DNA of 64,000 bases from Octopus sinensis (GCF_006345805.1 NC_042998.1:88412001-88476000), one strand, 5' to 3'. Shown: positions 28,554 through 44,255, numbered from the stretch's first letter. The notes: a model not told the origin generated them from the sequence alone. Numbers and translations: made by a program.

Positions 28554-28732
28554 ACACACACACACACGCATACACACACACACACATTTTAATGTTCCAC
28601 TTTCAGATTGTATTTTCATTGTGCGAGTTAATTGGTTGTTGTTTTTTTCTCTCTCCTGAAAAACTTAGCTTATCCAAATTGTCACTTAAGCATTTAATCA
28701 CGAAACCAAGTGTATGTATGTATGTATGTATG

Positions 28733-28766
<34 letters not shown>

Positions 28767-29719
28767 TGTATGTATGTTTGTATGTATGTATGTATGCATG
28801 TATGTATGTATGTATGTATGTATGTGTGATGTATGTATCTATGTATGTATCTATGTATGCATGTATGTATGTATATATGTGTGTATGTGTGTATGTATGT
28901 ATGTATGCATATATGTATGCATGTATGTATGTATGTATGCATGTATGTGTGTACGTATGTATGCATTCAAACGTTGAATTATATCGACCGGAAGAAGAGG
29001 TGATTCACATAGCTGTTATAGCGAATATAGATTGATTTTATCAACTAAAACCCTTCAAGGTGATGCTACTACATGGCCGCTGTCTAATAGCTAAAAGAAG
29101 AATAAGCAAGCATTCAAACATACGCATACAAGGAAGGAAACACAGATAGAGCTAGAGCTAATGTTTGTTTTTACTTTATTTTTTCTCTCCTTCATTAGTT
29201 AGATTCGCCGCAGTTTTAATATAAAGTTCGAAATTCGCACGGATATTTCTCTTCAAACCTGCTGTAGACTCAGCTTTTATGAAATTTGTATTGCTATGTC
29301 ACCCAGATCACAATTATGTTACTAAGAATCTGTTTAAATTACATATTCACTGTCTCCATTCGAGCTCAGCACCAAAGTCCAATACCTAACTCCTTAAATT
29401 AATTCTATCGAGCCAACAGATATTCTCTATGTGGTCGCCCCTCCTGCTAGAAATAGTCACCTAATCTTCAAATTCCCAGACTGAGATAATCTATTCCTGA
29501 AAGAACTACATGATCGTGTTTGGAATACCTTTAATCATAGTATAACATAGGGCTAAATACTAATACTATTCAGTTATGCACAGATGACTAATAACTATGT
29601 TAACTTCAAAACGAACTTATTAATAAATATATAATACAATAAATAAAAGCTAAGAAGTTTCTAGATGTTGCAAACTTGAAATGATTTTGAAAGAGACAAA
29701 TCAAACCAGGAAACAGGAC

Positions 29720-31060
29720 ACATCTAAATAATTAATTCTACTTCAAACATAGTTCATAACTATAATACTAAAAAGAACGGCCTGTCCAGCTTTTGTTTAA
29801 TTGTCGAGGGAGCAATAAGTTTTTGGGTAGTAATCATCCAATTTTTGCACTATAGTTCCGATATCGATTGTATTTAATTAGACTTTGCAAGGTTTTCGAC
29901 AAATTTGAACAGAGGGGTTTTATGTTACAAACAAGCAGCAACTGATGACAACTAATAAATTGCTTTCATTGAAATTTCTTGTTATTGGCGTCTCATAAGG
30001 TAGTGTTCTTGAACTTTTTTTTTTATCCATAAACTGTCAGATGTGACTAAAGATGGTCAGTCAACCAGTGTCTAGAATACAACTGCCAGGTTCGTCTCAA
30101 CAAAGTTGATAATCCATGATATAAGAAGGATGTATTCAGTGAAATATCTGACATAGAGTCAATCCCAGATAGAATCAGGTCGGAGCTTTGGAATAACTAT
30201 ACATTTGTTGATACTTGCGTTTCGTACTCACAAGTTGTATCTCAATTTTTATCCTGAGAATTTTCCTAACGGTAGTGATTCTACGCGTATTGCTTACAGT
30301 TACTACTTAATTCTAAGATTACTGGCAACACTTCTGGTACCCTAATTCTTCGAGATGAATATACTCGCTAGAAAGACTACAAACATGTTTACAGAGACCT
30401 GGAAACATCTCAGCCGCTCGAAACCAAACTTTGAAACTCTACACGTAGAAATGCCATCATTAGAAGATTCTAACATTAACGTGCCAAAAGTCTCCATAAC
30501 ATATTGAATAAATAAAGAACCTGTAGGTACTGTGCTAAGTTTCAAATATTTACTCAGATGACAATCTGTTGAAAATGCTGGTAACAATATCTCCCGCTGA
30601 AGATTTTCAACAAAACCCACATAAGTTTCTCAATAATCTCCAAAACTAGACATGTTTAGTAGGTTTGTATTTCACAGAGAACAACTTCCAGTAACTCAGT
30701 GATTTGCCTGCAAAACTCAGACACAAACAACCTCTGAAAAAGAAAAGAGAGAAACACTAATCGCAATACAGTACAATGCATAACATAGTGCTTTAGCATT
30801 ATCAGAACTGACAAAGTTTCGAATCAGCTAAAACAAAAAAGAAAAGCGTTGGAGATATCAGTATCTAGTTGGTAACAAAACGAAAGAATTACATTGCTAA
30901 CTAACGATCGCGTACTGACCATGACATTTAGCTGCTAGCTGAAATGTCCAAGCATAGTCTGTTGCTTCCCCTGAGATGGCAAAGAGCGATAAATATTATA
31001 TCCATAAATGACAATGTGCTGGCATCAGACACATTATCCAGGCGACTTTGGACGAAGATT
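29720..31060 (+). pseudogene. highly decayed LINE relics
   Basis: Remnants resembling YLDFAKAFDK (about 29870), SGVPQGSVL (about 29985) and INKEPVGTVLSFKYL (about 30510). Confidence 0.5.
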
Positions 31061-31361
31061 AATCCTTTTTGAAATGTAACACATATCGGTTAATAACTCC
31101 AGACCTATATTATATGATGAATATCCATACATGTGTATGTGTGTAACATTAAGTGCATATGTGATTAATTGAGTGGGTGTATGTGTGAGAGAGAGAGAGA
31201 GCGAGAGAGAGAGAGAGAGAATTTCGCTTTGCAACCACATGATTTTAGGTTCGATTTCACTGTTTGGTATCTTGGACAAGTGCTTTCTACTCAAGTCTTA
31301 TAGTCGCAGAGTGAATAATGCTTAGAAATAAAATTTGGTTGTTAACGGATACTGAGCTGAA

Positions 31362-31396
<35 letters not shown>

Positions 31397-32207
31397 CATG
31401 TATGCATGTATGCATGTATGTATGTATGCATGTATGCACGCATGCATGTATGTATGTTTGTGTCTAAGTAAATGTGCGTGTGTCTTCCTTTATAGTCACG
31501 CCGCTTGAAAATCGGTGCTCTCTGTTCGTGACTAGCGGTTCGAAGAATATAAATCGATTATGTAAGCACCAAATTTAAATGAATATCCTTTAAAGCTATG
31601 TCCCAACTTCACCGTGGTGTAATGACTGGAACATGTAAAAGAATCAATGAACATGCATACCTACACACACACACATACACACCCACCCACACACACACAC
31701 TCACACCCACACACACATACACTCACACGCACGCACACACACATACACACATACATACACACATGATACACACATGATACTGCTGTAAATACACTTAGGC
31801 CGGCTTTTAACCATAAAACTGATGAACCATTATAAGCACCAAAGTTTTTACTTGATCTCAAGGCATTATCTGTAGGGTTCAAGTTAGGGGATGCTCCTGA
31901 CCATTTATCTAATAGAACAATATAGTTAATTTAAAACCAGTCATTCACGCATACAGCAGAATGGCAGTTTGTACTCTCCTGTTCGAATATTATGTAATTA
32001 TGGGTGAATATACAAGTAAGAAACTTCTCCATAATATTCAAATAATATTTTCATGGTTGCATCTTTAGACATTATCCCAACTCTAGCTCTTCTTGCAGAA
32101 ACGCCGACTATACTTACGGATGTCTTGCAACTAAATTGTAGTCCTCCAGCATTCGACGTCTTATTCAATTTGTGCAGCATTTTACCGTTGCTAGCAACAA
32201 TACTTGT

Positions 32208-32490
32208 TGTTGTCGCGAGAGTACGACACCTTTTGACGAGAATAGACGAGATCACTATATATAAATAGTAACGGTCTGACGTAGTCGGAAGTTCGTAGTT
32301 TGGTCTTCAAAGTCCAGGTACAGTTTACAGTTAGAGTTAGTGTGTTGGGAATATTGATTGTTGGTCCGTTACGTGTTTGTTACTGCCGCTGTTTCTGTCT
32401 TGTATTGTTATAACACTGTTTCAGTGTATTCTTTATTTATCGTCGACAATAGCAACCGTACTACACTATTGGAGGCATAAGGATATAACA
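32208..32490 (+). repeat. 5' LTR
   Basis: TGTTG...TAACA; direct repeat of 36359-36658. Confidence 0.95.
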
Positions 32491-32492
32491 TC

Positions 32493-32505
32493 TGGCAACG
32501 AGGAT
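32493..32505 (+). promoter_or_regulatory. primer-binding site, probably tRNA-Ser(GCU)
   Basis: TGGCAACGAGGAT 2 nt after the LTR; one mismatch to the complement (TGGCGACGAGGAT) of the metazoan tRNA-Ser(GCU) 3' end. Confidence 0.75.
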
Positions 32506-32699
32506 TTTTCGAAGCTCACGTAGGATAATTGACAATTTGTGCGCCATACAAATTGTTAAATTATCGAGAACCTATTATCTACAGTAACACAGCTTCAAGA
32601 GAAGCAACAGAAACAACTACAGGAGTTGCAGAAGAAAATACTACAACGACAATAACAGTTAATTGAGTTAAGCTAAGGAAGTCCGAAAATTCGGTAAAT

Positions 32700-35600
32700 T
32701 CGTTCACGCCAGACGGCGTGGCGAACTTGATTTCTGAATTCACTTATAATCTGGAGGAAGGTATTACGTTCCTGCCTACTATAGAATGTACGAGGAAATT
32801 TTTAACAAAGATTGCAAGTCATGGTCGGACGAGGAGAAAGTGAGGCTATTACTAAGCCAGGTAGCTCGGGCCAAGCATGAAAGCTGCTGTAACTTTATAT
32901 TGCCCAAAAAGTCGAGTGATATTTGTTTCCAAGAAACTATTGAATTACTATGAACGATCTTTTGTGACAAAAGTTCGTTATCTAACACTCGAATGGAATG
33001 TTGGAATTCACTCGGGATATGTTTAAATCCCTTATCTTTGTACAAGGCCTTACAGCAACCGAAGATATAGAAATTCGGGCAAGGATTCTCTCAAAAATGG
33101 AGCAAGCGAACCAAGACTTAACCCTACAGGCCATTGCAGAAGAATGTCAAAGAATAGTAAACCTGAAACACATGAAAAAATTCAAGAGAAAGATTCCGCA
33201 AAAATGCAGATGAGTCCACCCGGAACCTACAACCAAAAAAGAGTAATTGCCCCCGTTTAAAACCGGAAATGGTATAGTTGTCAGAAACTTGGTCACAAGA
33301 GATCACACTGCAGGACAAGTTTACGAGGGTCGATCGCAAAAAGTTCTAAGGTGTTTTCAGCAGAAAGTAAATGCGACACAAAAACAAGAAAATTCGTAAA
33401 TGTAAAATTAAATAGTGTAAATATCAAACTACAGTTGGATATGGATATTTCAATCATAAATGCAGATACATGGAGAAAAATCGGGAAACCGAGGTTACGT
33501 AAAACAGCTAAAATTGCGCTTGGCGTGACGGGTGATAAATTACATTTCATGGGCAAAATGTGTACAGAAGTCACGTTTCGAGGAGAAACACGCGAAGCAA
33601 AAATATTAATTGTGGAGAATTACAATCAATTTGTTTGGTACAGATTGGTTAGAGTTATTTGACTTATGGTACCTCCCCATACTGCAAAAATATAAATGGT
33701 TGTCCCGTTAAAAATAAATCGTCTTAGGAATTGAAGAGAAAATTGAAAAAGTTGTTTCTTCAAATACTATCGGACGACATAGATCTATGTAAAAAGACTG
33801 AAGCCTGCTTTCAAGTAAGTGAAACTATTGTGCCTGTATTTAAATCTAACAGAGAAGTACCGTTGGCGGCAAGTGAAATCGTAAATGATGAGTTGGACAG
33901 ATTTGAAAAAAAGTAGAATCATCAAAAAGATGGATTACTCTAAGTGGGCGGTGCCCAGGGTGTGCATTAAAAAAAATAATAAGATTAGGCTGTGTGCCGA
34001 TTTCTCTACAGGACAACGATTGCTTAAAGACACGCCACCATCCACTCGCGGCTCCCGAGGACATTTTTGCAAAATTAAATGGTGGAAAATTTTTCTCCAA
34101 ATTGGATCTGTCTGACGCTTATTTGCAGATTAAAGTAAATGACAAATGCTCAAAGTATCTGACAATAAATACACATAGAGGATTGTATAGACATACCCGG
34201 TTACCTTTTGGATTAAAGGCTGCACCGGCAATATTTTAGCAAATCATGGACGCTATGTTATCTGATTGTGAATTTGCAATTCCTTATATTGATTAAGAGT
34301 AATTTACATGAACAGCATGTGGAGCATATAAAAACTGTGTTCAAGAAAATTAAAGAGTAAGGGTTCACTTCGAGTGAAGAAAATGCGAATTCTTTTTGAC
34401 TCAAATTGGGTACTTTAGGCCAATAGTCGATAAAAATTGTAGGCGGCCTGACTCGTCGAGGGCGGACGCAATAAAGAATATGCCTACTCCGACAAATGTA
34501 CCAAATTACTACCAAAACTAAATTCTTTACATGCACAAATTAAAAGCTCCATTGAATGACTTATTAAAAAAAAGAAGTAATGTGGAATTGGTCGGTCAAA
34601 TGGCAAAATGCGTTTGAAGAAAAAAAAAATTCTAATCGCAGATTTGTCTCTAGCGCATTTCCTGAAATGGAAATTGTTGTAGTGTCTGATGCTTCGGAGT
34701 ACGGAATAGAAGTTTTGCTACTCAAGTATAAAGATAGAAGTACGAAACCAGTGTTTCATATTTCGCACTTGCTAAGCAGTCAGATAGAAAAAGAACTCCT
34801 ATCGATTATCTTTGCTGTAAAAAAAATTTCACAGGTTTCTACATGGTAGAAGTTTTCTGTTACAAACAGATTATCGACCATTACTTGCAATTTATGGGTC
34901 AAAGAAAGGGTTACCTATCCATACAGCGAACCGACTACAACGTTGAGGTATAATATCACTAAATTACAATTTCAAAATATTAGTGATGTGGACTGTCTAT
35001 CGAGAGTAATTCCCCAGAATATGGAACCACTAGAAGATACCGTGATAGCCGCACTGCAAGCAGAAAATGAAATAAAAAGTATTATGACTAACGTTATCCA
35101 AGAACTGCCAATTGCTGCACCTGATATCAGAATGAAATTTGTAGGCGATGACTATATTGCAAAAATTAAAGAAGCTTTTTTTAAAAAAAAGCAGAATAAA
35201 AATACAAAATCGAGTAGTTTCTCAATATGCGACGATATTCTGATATATGCACAATGAGTTGTAGTACCGACTACATTACAAAAACCTGTATTGCAGCAAT
35301 TCCACAGTGGAAACCCGGGAATATCAAGGATGAAAGCTCTGATGAGGACCTAGCTCTATTGGCCGAGTATGAACCGGGATATCGAAAATTTGGAGAGAAT
35401 TTGTCGAGGTTGCGCACTCGGGTAAAAATCAATCACCGCCGGAGACTAAGAGCCCATGGTCTATATTACATATCGACTATGCCAGACCGGTGAACGGCGC
35501 TTACTATCTAGACGTAGTAGACAGCTGTACAAAGTGGCTAGAGGTATGCAGGTGCAATAAACCAACCGCTAAGACAACTAGTTCTTATATGAATTTATTT

Positions 35601-36282
35601 GCGCGATACGATGTTCCAGATACGTTAGTTTCCGATAATGGAAAGATGCAACGAAATATTCTCGGGGTATGAATTCAAAAACTCTGTAAAATGCAAACGA
35701 TAACGCATATTTTCACTCCACCCTCCACCTGAGGTCAAGAGGGCAGGTATAAAGATTCGTGGTTACGTTCAAAAGAACGTTAAGAAAAGCTAGGAACGAA
35801 TTGAGTAACGACAAGTCACTAACAAAATTCTTCAGGATATATAGAGAGTAACTTCCAATCCAAGTACAAATTCCAGAAAGTCACCCACAGAGTTGATGTT
35901 CGCGAGAAGAATAAAATCGATTTTTGATAAGTTATTGCCAGCGAAAAATAGATGTTAAGAAAATACGAAAGATGCAACGAAATATTTAGAAGTAGGAGAT
36001 AAAGTGCGCTTTAAAACCTACAGAAATGGTAAAGAAGTCTGGGAGGATGGTCTTGTAACCTAAAGAATAAGAAGTATGATGTATGTAATTAGAAGACCAC
36101 ACTGGAAACATAAGAGACACATAAATCAGCTAAAGAAGAGACATACCGTAGAACGAAGAGAAATTCTTATGGAAGTATTTTTTGATGTATTCGATGTCCC
36201 AAAACCGAAAGTAATGGAGTCCCGTAGAACCAGCTTGAGAAAACGAAAACAGACCGAACACCTTGAGATAAGGCCCAAGTGA
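32700..36282 (+). pseudogene. gag-pol pseudogene
   Basis: Protease remnant LQLDMDISIIN (DTG lost), RT FSKLDLSDAYLQI...RLPFGLKAAPAIF, RNaseH SDASEYGI...SQIEKELLSIIFAVKK, integrase VDSCTKWLEV...DTLVSDNG; many stops and frameshifts. Confidence 0.9.
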
Positions 36283-36358
36283 AAAAGATACTAAAAAAAT
36301 AATAATGATTAATAAAATTTATTTATTCCTTCAGAACTCGAAATCTCAAAAGGAGAGA

Positions 36359-36658
36359 TGTTGTAGCAAGAGTACAACACCCTGTGACGAGAATAGACGG
36401 GAGCACTACATATAAATAGTAGCGGTCTGACGTAGTCGGTAGTTTGTAGTTTGGTTTTCAAAGTCCAGGTACAGTTTACAGATCGAGTTAGTGTGTTGGA
36501 AATATTGGTTGTTGGATAATAAAAGATTGTTGGTTCGTTACGTTTGGTACTGCCGCTGTTTCTATCTTGTATTGTTTATAACTCTGTTACAGTGTATTCT
36601 TTATCTATCGTCGACAATAGCAACCGTACTACGATATTGGGGGCGTAAGGATACAACA
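36359..36658 (+). repeat. 3' LTR preceded by polypurine tract
   Basis: AAAAGGAGAGA|TGTTG...CAACA|CTTGT. Confidence 0.95.
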
Positions 36659-37267
36659 CTTGTATAGCAGCGGTAGATATAAATGAAAGTGCAAACACAT
36701 AAGTAATGAATCAAATGATCATTTCGAATAATTTGTAGAATAAGATCTGCCTTATGCTTTTATCCACCGGTCTAACAAAACTAAGACATAACTTAATTGA
36801 CATAAGTCCATTGCCTCATATAGTAACAATTTTTAGTCCATTTTTTCCCCAAATAACATGTCAATAAAATTAATAAAATATTGATGTTCCTTGCAATATC
36901 AGAAATGTCAAATACAAGATGAAAGTGTGAAATAATATTTCATCATTCATACATCATAAATTAATTAAATTTTGTTACTTGCAAATATACCAAGCAGATA
37001 CTTAGTCGTTATCTTTATATCAAAACATATTTAGACATATATTTACTATTCGTATCCAGACATTTTTTGCCAGAAGTGTAACAAACAAGTACACACATAC
37101 ACAGACACACAGACACACGCGCGTATGCATACATATAGATACGTATACTGAAATATCCACGCATGTATACACATACATTTAAATATATAAATATAGATGT
37201 ATGTATATCTCTATCGCTCTATCTATCTACCTCTGCTTATCTCCCTCTCTTTCCTTCTTTCTTTCTT

Positions 37268-37306
<39 letters not shown>

Positions 37307-37490
37307 ATACACACGCACACACGCGCTCACACACACATTTACATATATGTCGCCATATTCATATTTAAAAGCACATACGTTTGTAAATGCTTCAGATACT
37401 GAGACAGAAATCCTACGGGAGCAACTTGATGTGATAAGCGTATATCGATATATATACATACATACATACATACATACATACATACATACA

Positions 37491-37521
<31 letters not shown>

Positions 37522-37539
37522 TTGCATATAGATAGATAG

Positions 37540-37572
<33 letters not shown>

Positions 37573-38760
37573 TAGATAGATAGATAGATAGATAGACAGA
37601 TAGATAGATAGACAGGCACACAGAGAGAAACGGCGGAAGTAGAGTGAAAGACAAAGTAGAGGGAGAAGAAGAAGGAGGAAGAGGAAGAATGTATCTATTA
37701 ATATGTACATAGTGCACTTTAATTCACGAATTATATATATGTACATATTTGTACTCTGGCTTTAAAACAGTTTTAGGGTTAAATGTTTGTGCGTGAGTGT
37801 ATTTGTACATGTTTGTGTGCGTGTTATCAATGAGTGTATTATGCGCGTATGTATGCATATAGGTATGCTTGAATATGTATGTGAGAGACAGAGAGAGAGA
37901 GAGGAAAGGGAGAGAGAGAGAGCATAGAAAATTCTACAACTGAAAGATTGCTATTTCAACCTAGATTGTTCTTATGCAGCTTCGATTTCAGTTCTGTTAT
38001 AACCATGCATAACCATGCATGCTCTCTTAATCAGACTAAGTAAATATCCAAAATAAATCAATCCTCTCGGGATGGAGATTTAGCAGTTAGTGCTGAAGCA
38101 AAATGATCTAACACACCATAGAGCATCGCAGTTTATTTTATTTATGAATAGATTACATTACTTTGAAATATACGTCAACAAACTTCTATTTTCTCTTTCA
38201 TCACAATATCCAATACCTCTGCTTTATTTTCACCCATAGTGTCCTTAGGGGATGACATAAACGTAAGAACTTATTTTACTCCTTTCAATTTACGGTCTAT
38301 TTTTTTTAATTAATTAAAGAGAAGAAACTAATAAATGTTCCAGTCAGCTGGCACAGATGTTAGAACGTCGGACACAGTTCCTTGCAGTATTTCTTCCGAC
38401 TGTTCACATTTTGAGTTCAAATCCCGCTGGATTCAACTTTTCCTATCATTTTTTTTTTTTTTTGGCTTCGATAAAATAAAGCACCAGTCAAATATTAGGG
38501 TCGATGCAATCGACTTGTCCCTTCCCCTCAAACTGATGGTCTTGAACTTTACAATTGAACGTCATGGAACTGGGGTAAGCGGTCTTATGCTGGGGATCGA
38601 AGGAGAGAAAACGATATCTCAAAGTGAATACAGCTATAAATAGTAGCTTATAGTAATTAAGAATCCCTTTGAAGGGAAAAAAGGCGGAAAGTTTGAATTC
38701 CAGAAGATGCAGGGTGCGTGTCTCTCAAGCAGCTTACTGCCTTTCTGTTTCTCCCAAGTC

Positions 38761-38807
<47 letters not shown>

Positions 38808-38816
38808 TGTGCGTGC

Positions 38817-38849
<33 letters not shown>

Positions 38850-39514
38850 CGCGTGTGTGTGTGTGTGCGTGTGTGTGTGTGTGAATTCATTTGAGATTTA
38901 TCGTTAATAAAGAATTTTTCTTTTAATTGTTTCAGTCATTTGACTGCGACCATGCTGGGGAACAGGGAAGACAGGTTTTAGTCGAACAAATCGACCCCAA
39001 GACTTTCTTAAGGCCTAGCGATTTTCTCTCGGCCTCTTATTGCCGAACTGCTAAGTTACTTGTTTACATATTTCTTGATATTTCTACATTAGGACATTGG
39101 TAAAACAACTTAATAAACATTCAAATTTCTTTAAATGTAGATGGTCGAAACTATCTTTTAAAATCAGTCGGGTTTTATATGTGTACTTGTCCTTGTATAT
39201 TCACAATTCCAAATATTCAGTTAGATTTTAATGTCATCGAATTTTTAAATTTTATAATTATATCAATTTGGCTTTTCACTGATATACTTAACCTACCCCT
39301 TCTATATTTAAAATATGTAATTTGTACTTTATTTCTATAACTGAGATAGCAATGTTCAGTGGCGGAGTGTAGTCTTGTTCTGGTTACATATTCTTTCATA
39401 GAATGCATTTGGGTCCTAAAGTAACCATCAAAGTTTCTCTCATAGTATGTCGATGGTAAGTCTGACTTACAGAGCCCATCTTTAGAGGCTATTAAGGATA
39501 AAGATCCTTCCTGA

Positions 39515-39747
39515 GTCATACAGAATCATAGGGCCAGTTTCCCGATTTCCATGGTGCATATATTCCCCACTGGACGGGACGCCGGTCCGTCGCAGGGTTA
39601 CTCATTTTCGCCAGCTGAGTGGACTGGAACGATGTGAAATCAAGTGTTTTGCTCAAAAACACTATGCGCCGCCCAGTCCAGGAATCGAAACTACAATTTT
39701 ATGATCATAAGTTCAACACTCTAACCACTAAGCTACGCGCCTCCACT
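39515..39747 (-). mobile_element. tRNA/CORE-type SINE
   Basis: Minus strand: GGAGGCGCGTAGCTTAGTGGTTAGAG...TTCGATTCC...GTGTTTTTGAGCAAAACACTT...CCCTGCGACGGACCGGCGTCCCGTCCAG. Confidence 0.8.
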
Positions 39748-40576
39748 TTAGAGGTTATTAACGTGATTGTAGTGGTAAATTCCTAACTAAACTCGATAGT
39801 CTAGGGAGCCATTTTACTTCAATCGCAATTCCCACTTGAAGTTCATAGTTTGGAAGGTTTTAACTATTAACTACGAAAAGGAATTGAAAGTGAAGTGAAA
39901 TGGTTTCCTATACTATCAAGTCTATGAAACCGTAGCTGGTAGTCTACCACTACAACTACGTTATCCACTGAGGATACATATAAACAAATACAATGCTATT
40001 GTTATTTGACGCAAATATTTGTTCTCACCTGTCAAGTTTTTAGCATTTCCTAATTAATAATTATTAATATGTAAGCAACTCCAGATCGGATGGAAAGCTT
40101 CGCTCAGATTTCAAATCCTGTCGAGTCTATTTTGCTTTTAACCTTTCGGAGCAGATACAAAAGTACTAGTGGGCTAGCGGAACCAGATACCTTGCGGCAT
40201 TTGTTCCAGCTTTGCATTCTCGGTTCAAATCCATGGCCTACATAGATTGTAGATAATAGAGTTAAAACGTCGCCCGGTTTAACACCACCATTCAGCCCCT
40301 TAGATGCTTTTAGCGAAGTAGTCTCCACTATTACAAGTATTCGAACCGCCTTCGTCCCTTCCACTATTCTCAGAAACTCTGTAAAAGGTCAAGAGTACCG
40401 TCTTGCTTCCTGATTAAAAGATTTTTCAAATGTCTTACATATTAACTTTTTGATACTCTGTATACAACTTCAGTGAACGGTGACGGCTATGCTTTTCTGA
40501 AGAACATTGGCTAAAACCGATGCACATCTGAAATCGTTTCCTGTACTCGCCAAATAAAAGAAAATAAAGTTATTGA

Positions 40577-40991
<415 letters not shown>

Positions 40992-41008
40992 TTATTATTA
41001 TTATTATT

Positions 41009-41567
41009 GAGTGAGAGAGCAGTTCATGCCATCAAAGTGACACTGGGGTAAAATATACGAAGCCCAATATACCCATCATGACTACCCGTCTGATAAGGGT
41101 ACACCAGGCACATGCATCACAACCATATGTGCGCGACATGGTGATCTCATATCAAGATAAACAGCACATGACCTTGCAGGTGGGGCCCAGTTAGAATTTT
41201 CTTCAGGTCGAGTAGCCCATCCCGCTCAAACGGTCCCTGAATAAGGGTTGTTTAAGGATGTTGAAAGAACCACCCATGTTTCCAGAGGTGAATTATTCAA
41301 ACCCCGAAGAATCCCTCTCAACACATGGCTATGATGCTCCCCCACTACTTCTGCTCGTGATCAGAGATGCACATATCGTCAGCCACTAAGGGACATGCTC
41401 AACTGGTTAAGATCAAACAACTGACAAGCAAATCTGTGGTATTGAGCAGAATATTTGCTGTAGCCCATCTTTTATACCAAGACAAAACAATTTACATGAT
41501 AACACTTTCAATCAGTTAAGATCAGAAGCCATGAGAGCCACTGCCTGGTACTGCATCAGGGCATTTA
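41009..41567. mobile_element. ~560-bp unclassified element embedded in (ATT)n
   Basis: Same termini and sequence as 11888-12446. Confidence 0.8.
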
Positions 41568-41590
41568 TTATTATTATTATTTTATTATTA

Positions 41591-41645
<55 letters not shown>

Positions 41646-41648
41646 GTT

Positions 41649-42360
<712 letters not shown>

Positions 42361-42494
42361 ATAATATATATATAATATATATATATATAATATATATATA
42401 TATAATATATATATATATAATATATATATATATAATATATATATATAATATATATATATAATATATATATATATAATATATATATATATATTAT

Positions 42495-42540
<46 letters not shown>

Positions 42541-42541
42541 A

Positions 42542-42572
<31 letters not shown>

Positions 42573-42710
42573 CCTGTTTGTGTCTGCCTTCCAAATGCTG
42601 TTTTTACTGAGATCTCCCTTTTTAGTAGAAGAAATAGCTATAACCCTTTGACTGCTATTTCTAAATTCGGTATTTGGTAAGGCAATTCGTTGCTAAACCC
42701 TTATTGCTTA

Positions 42711-42744
<34 letters not shown>

Positions 42745-43404
42745 AATAGGTAACAAGGATGTCAAGGTATTAACGGCCGTTTCAGGCGGTTCCATTTAAT
42801 CGAACAATGCAAGCTCTACATCAATTTGAAATACAGTACCATCTCATATATCACATTTTGTTTGCTTAGAATTCATATAATATCTGGATTCCTTATGAAT
42901 GAACGTAACAGTTTAAAATGTAGAGCGTTAGATTGAAAAGTAACAAATCGAGAAAATCTGTGCCATGCTAGTCTCAGTATTTCGATAGACTAAGAGGAAT
43001 CAGAGTATAAGACTGAAAATGAAGACGATGTTGCGGTAGAATGATGGTGTAAAGGTTTAATAAACACTGGTCGATTCTGTTCTAGTATGAAACTATTCAA
43101 TGTTGGCACTGTAACTTTATAAACTATTTGATGTCATTGACAGCTTGTTCGATCAAATACAAATTTAGTCGATACTCTGAAAACTAATGGTTCATCGTTA
43201 AATCATGTCTGCTTAGTTACACGCAGACTCTCTGCCTCTGTCTGTCTCTCTCTCTCCTCTCTCTCCTCTCCCTCTCTCTCTATCTCTCTCTCTCTCTCTC
43301 ACTAATATAATGTGTACGTATGTATTTATGCATGTATTTATGAATGTTCGCGTGCATGCATATGTACGCGCTTGTATACATATATACAAATAAATAGATA
43401 GATT

Positions 43405-43437
<33 letters not shown>

Positions 43438-43439
43438 TC

Positions 43440-43579
<140 letters not shown>

Positions 43580-43947
43580 GCATCCCAACAAATGCAATAC
43601 AGTGAGTTCAAAAATATCGATTAACTGCAGCTATCCGTGCGATTTTTAGACTAAATCTTCCTACACAAGTGTTTAAAATCTAACATCAACAAGCAAGGAA
43701 GATTACTGCAATAGGATACTAAAGTGGAAGTTATTTTCAGAAAATATAAAAAATGCATTATGATTGTGGATCGTTTCTTTAAAGCCAGCGGACAAAACGG
43801 TGAACAAATTTCTATTTCTTAGGTGAAGTATATTTTACTCGACCAGCAGCTTTCTACTTCTATCCAAACGGTTTTTAAACTCAACATCTTCACGCTATTA
43901 TTTACAGCTTTATCTACTTCGAGTTCCACCGTTGAAAACGATATCTC

Positions 43948-44053
<106 letters not shown>

Positions 44054-44054
44054 C

Positions 44055-44255
44055 CGGAGTAAACACATAAATGTGTAACAAGGTGGAAAAAAGAGTACTC
44101 AAATACCAGTGGTAGAGTAATATGCTTTATTTAAAGCAGCAGAAAATTCAACAAAACCTGTTACTCTGAGTTTCCCGTTGCCGTTCATGAACGGCAACGG
44201 GAAACTCAGAGTAACAGGTTTTGTTGAATTTTCTGCTGCTTTTAATAAAGTATAT
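44055..44255. mobile_element. palindromic PLE-derived element centred in a hammerhead core
   Basis: Near-perfect palindrome 44120-44255 with axis TTCA|TGAA; each arm reads (A)TGA-A-CG-GCAA-CG-G-GAAA-CTCAGAG-TA; the left arm has an extra tail; inserted in (TA)n. Confidence 0.7.

Larger units (their letters stand above)
32208..36658 (+). mobile_element. full-length decayed Gypsy/Ty3 LTR retrotransposon (Mag-like)
   Basis: Two LTRs TG...CA, 5-bp TSD CTTGT on both sides, PBS and PPT; protease-RT-RNaseH-integrase order. Confidence 0.95.

Noticed and set aside
31998-32268. ORFs spanning the Gypsy 5' junction as an interrupted host exon
   Set aside because: Rejoining the flanks gave no recognisable protein or convincing splice pair
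42606-42640. CTGAGA...GAAATAGCTATA as a hammerhead
   Set aside because: The core is one base short and there is no stem I; may be chance or a repeat D remnant
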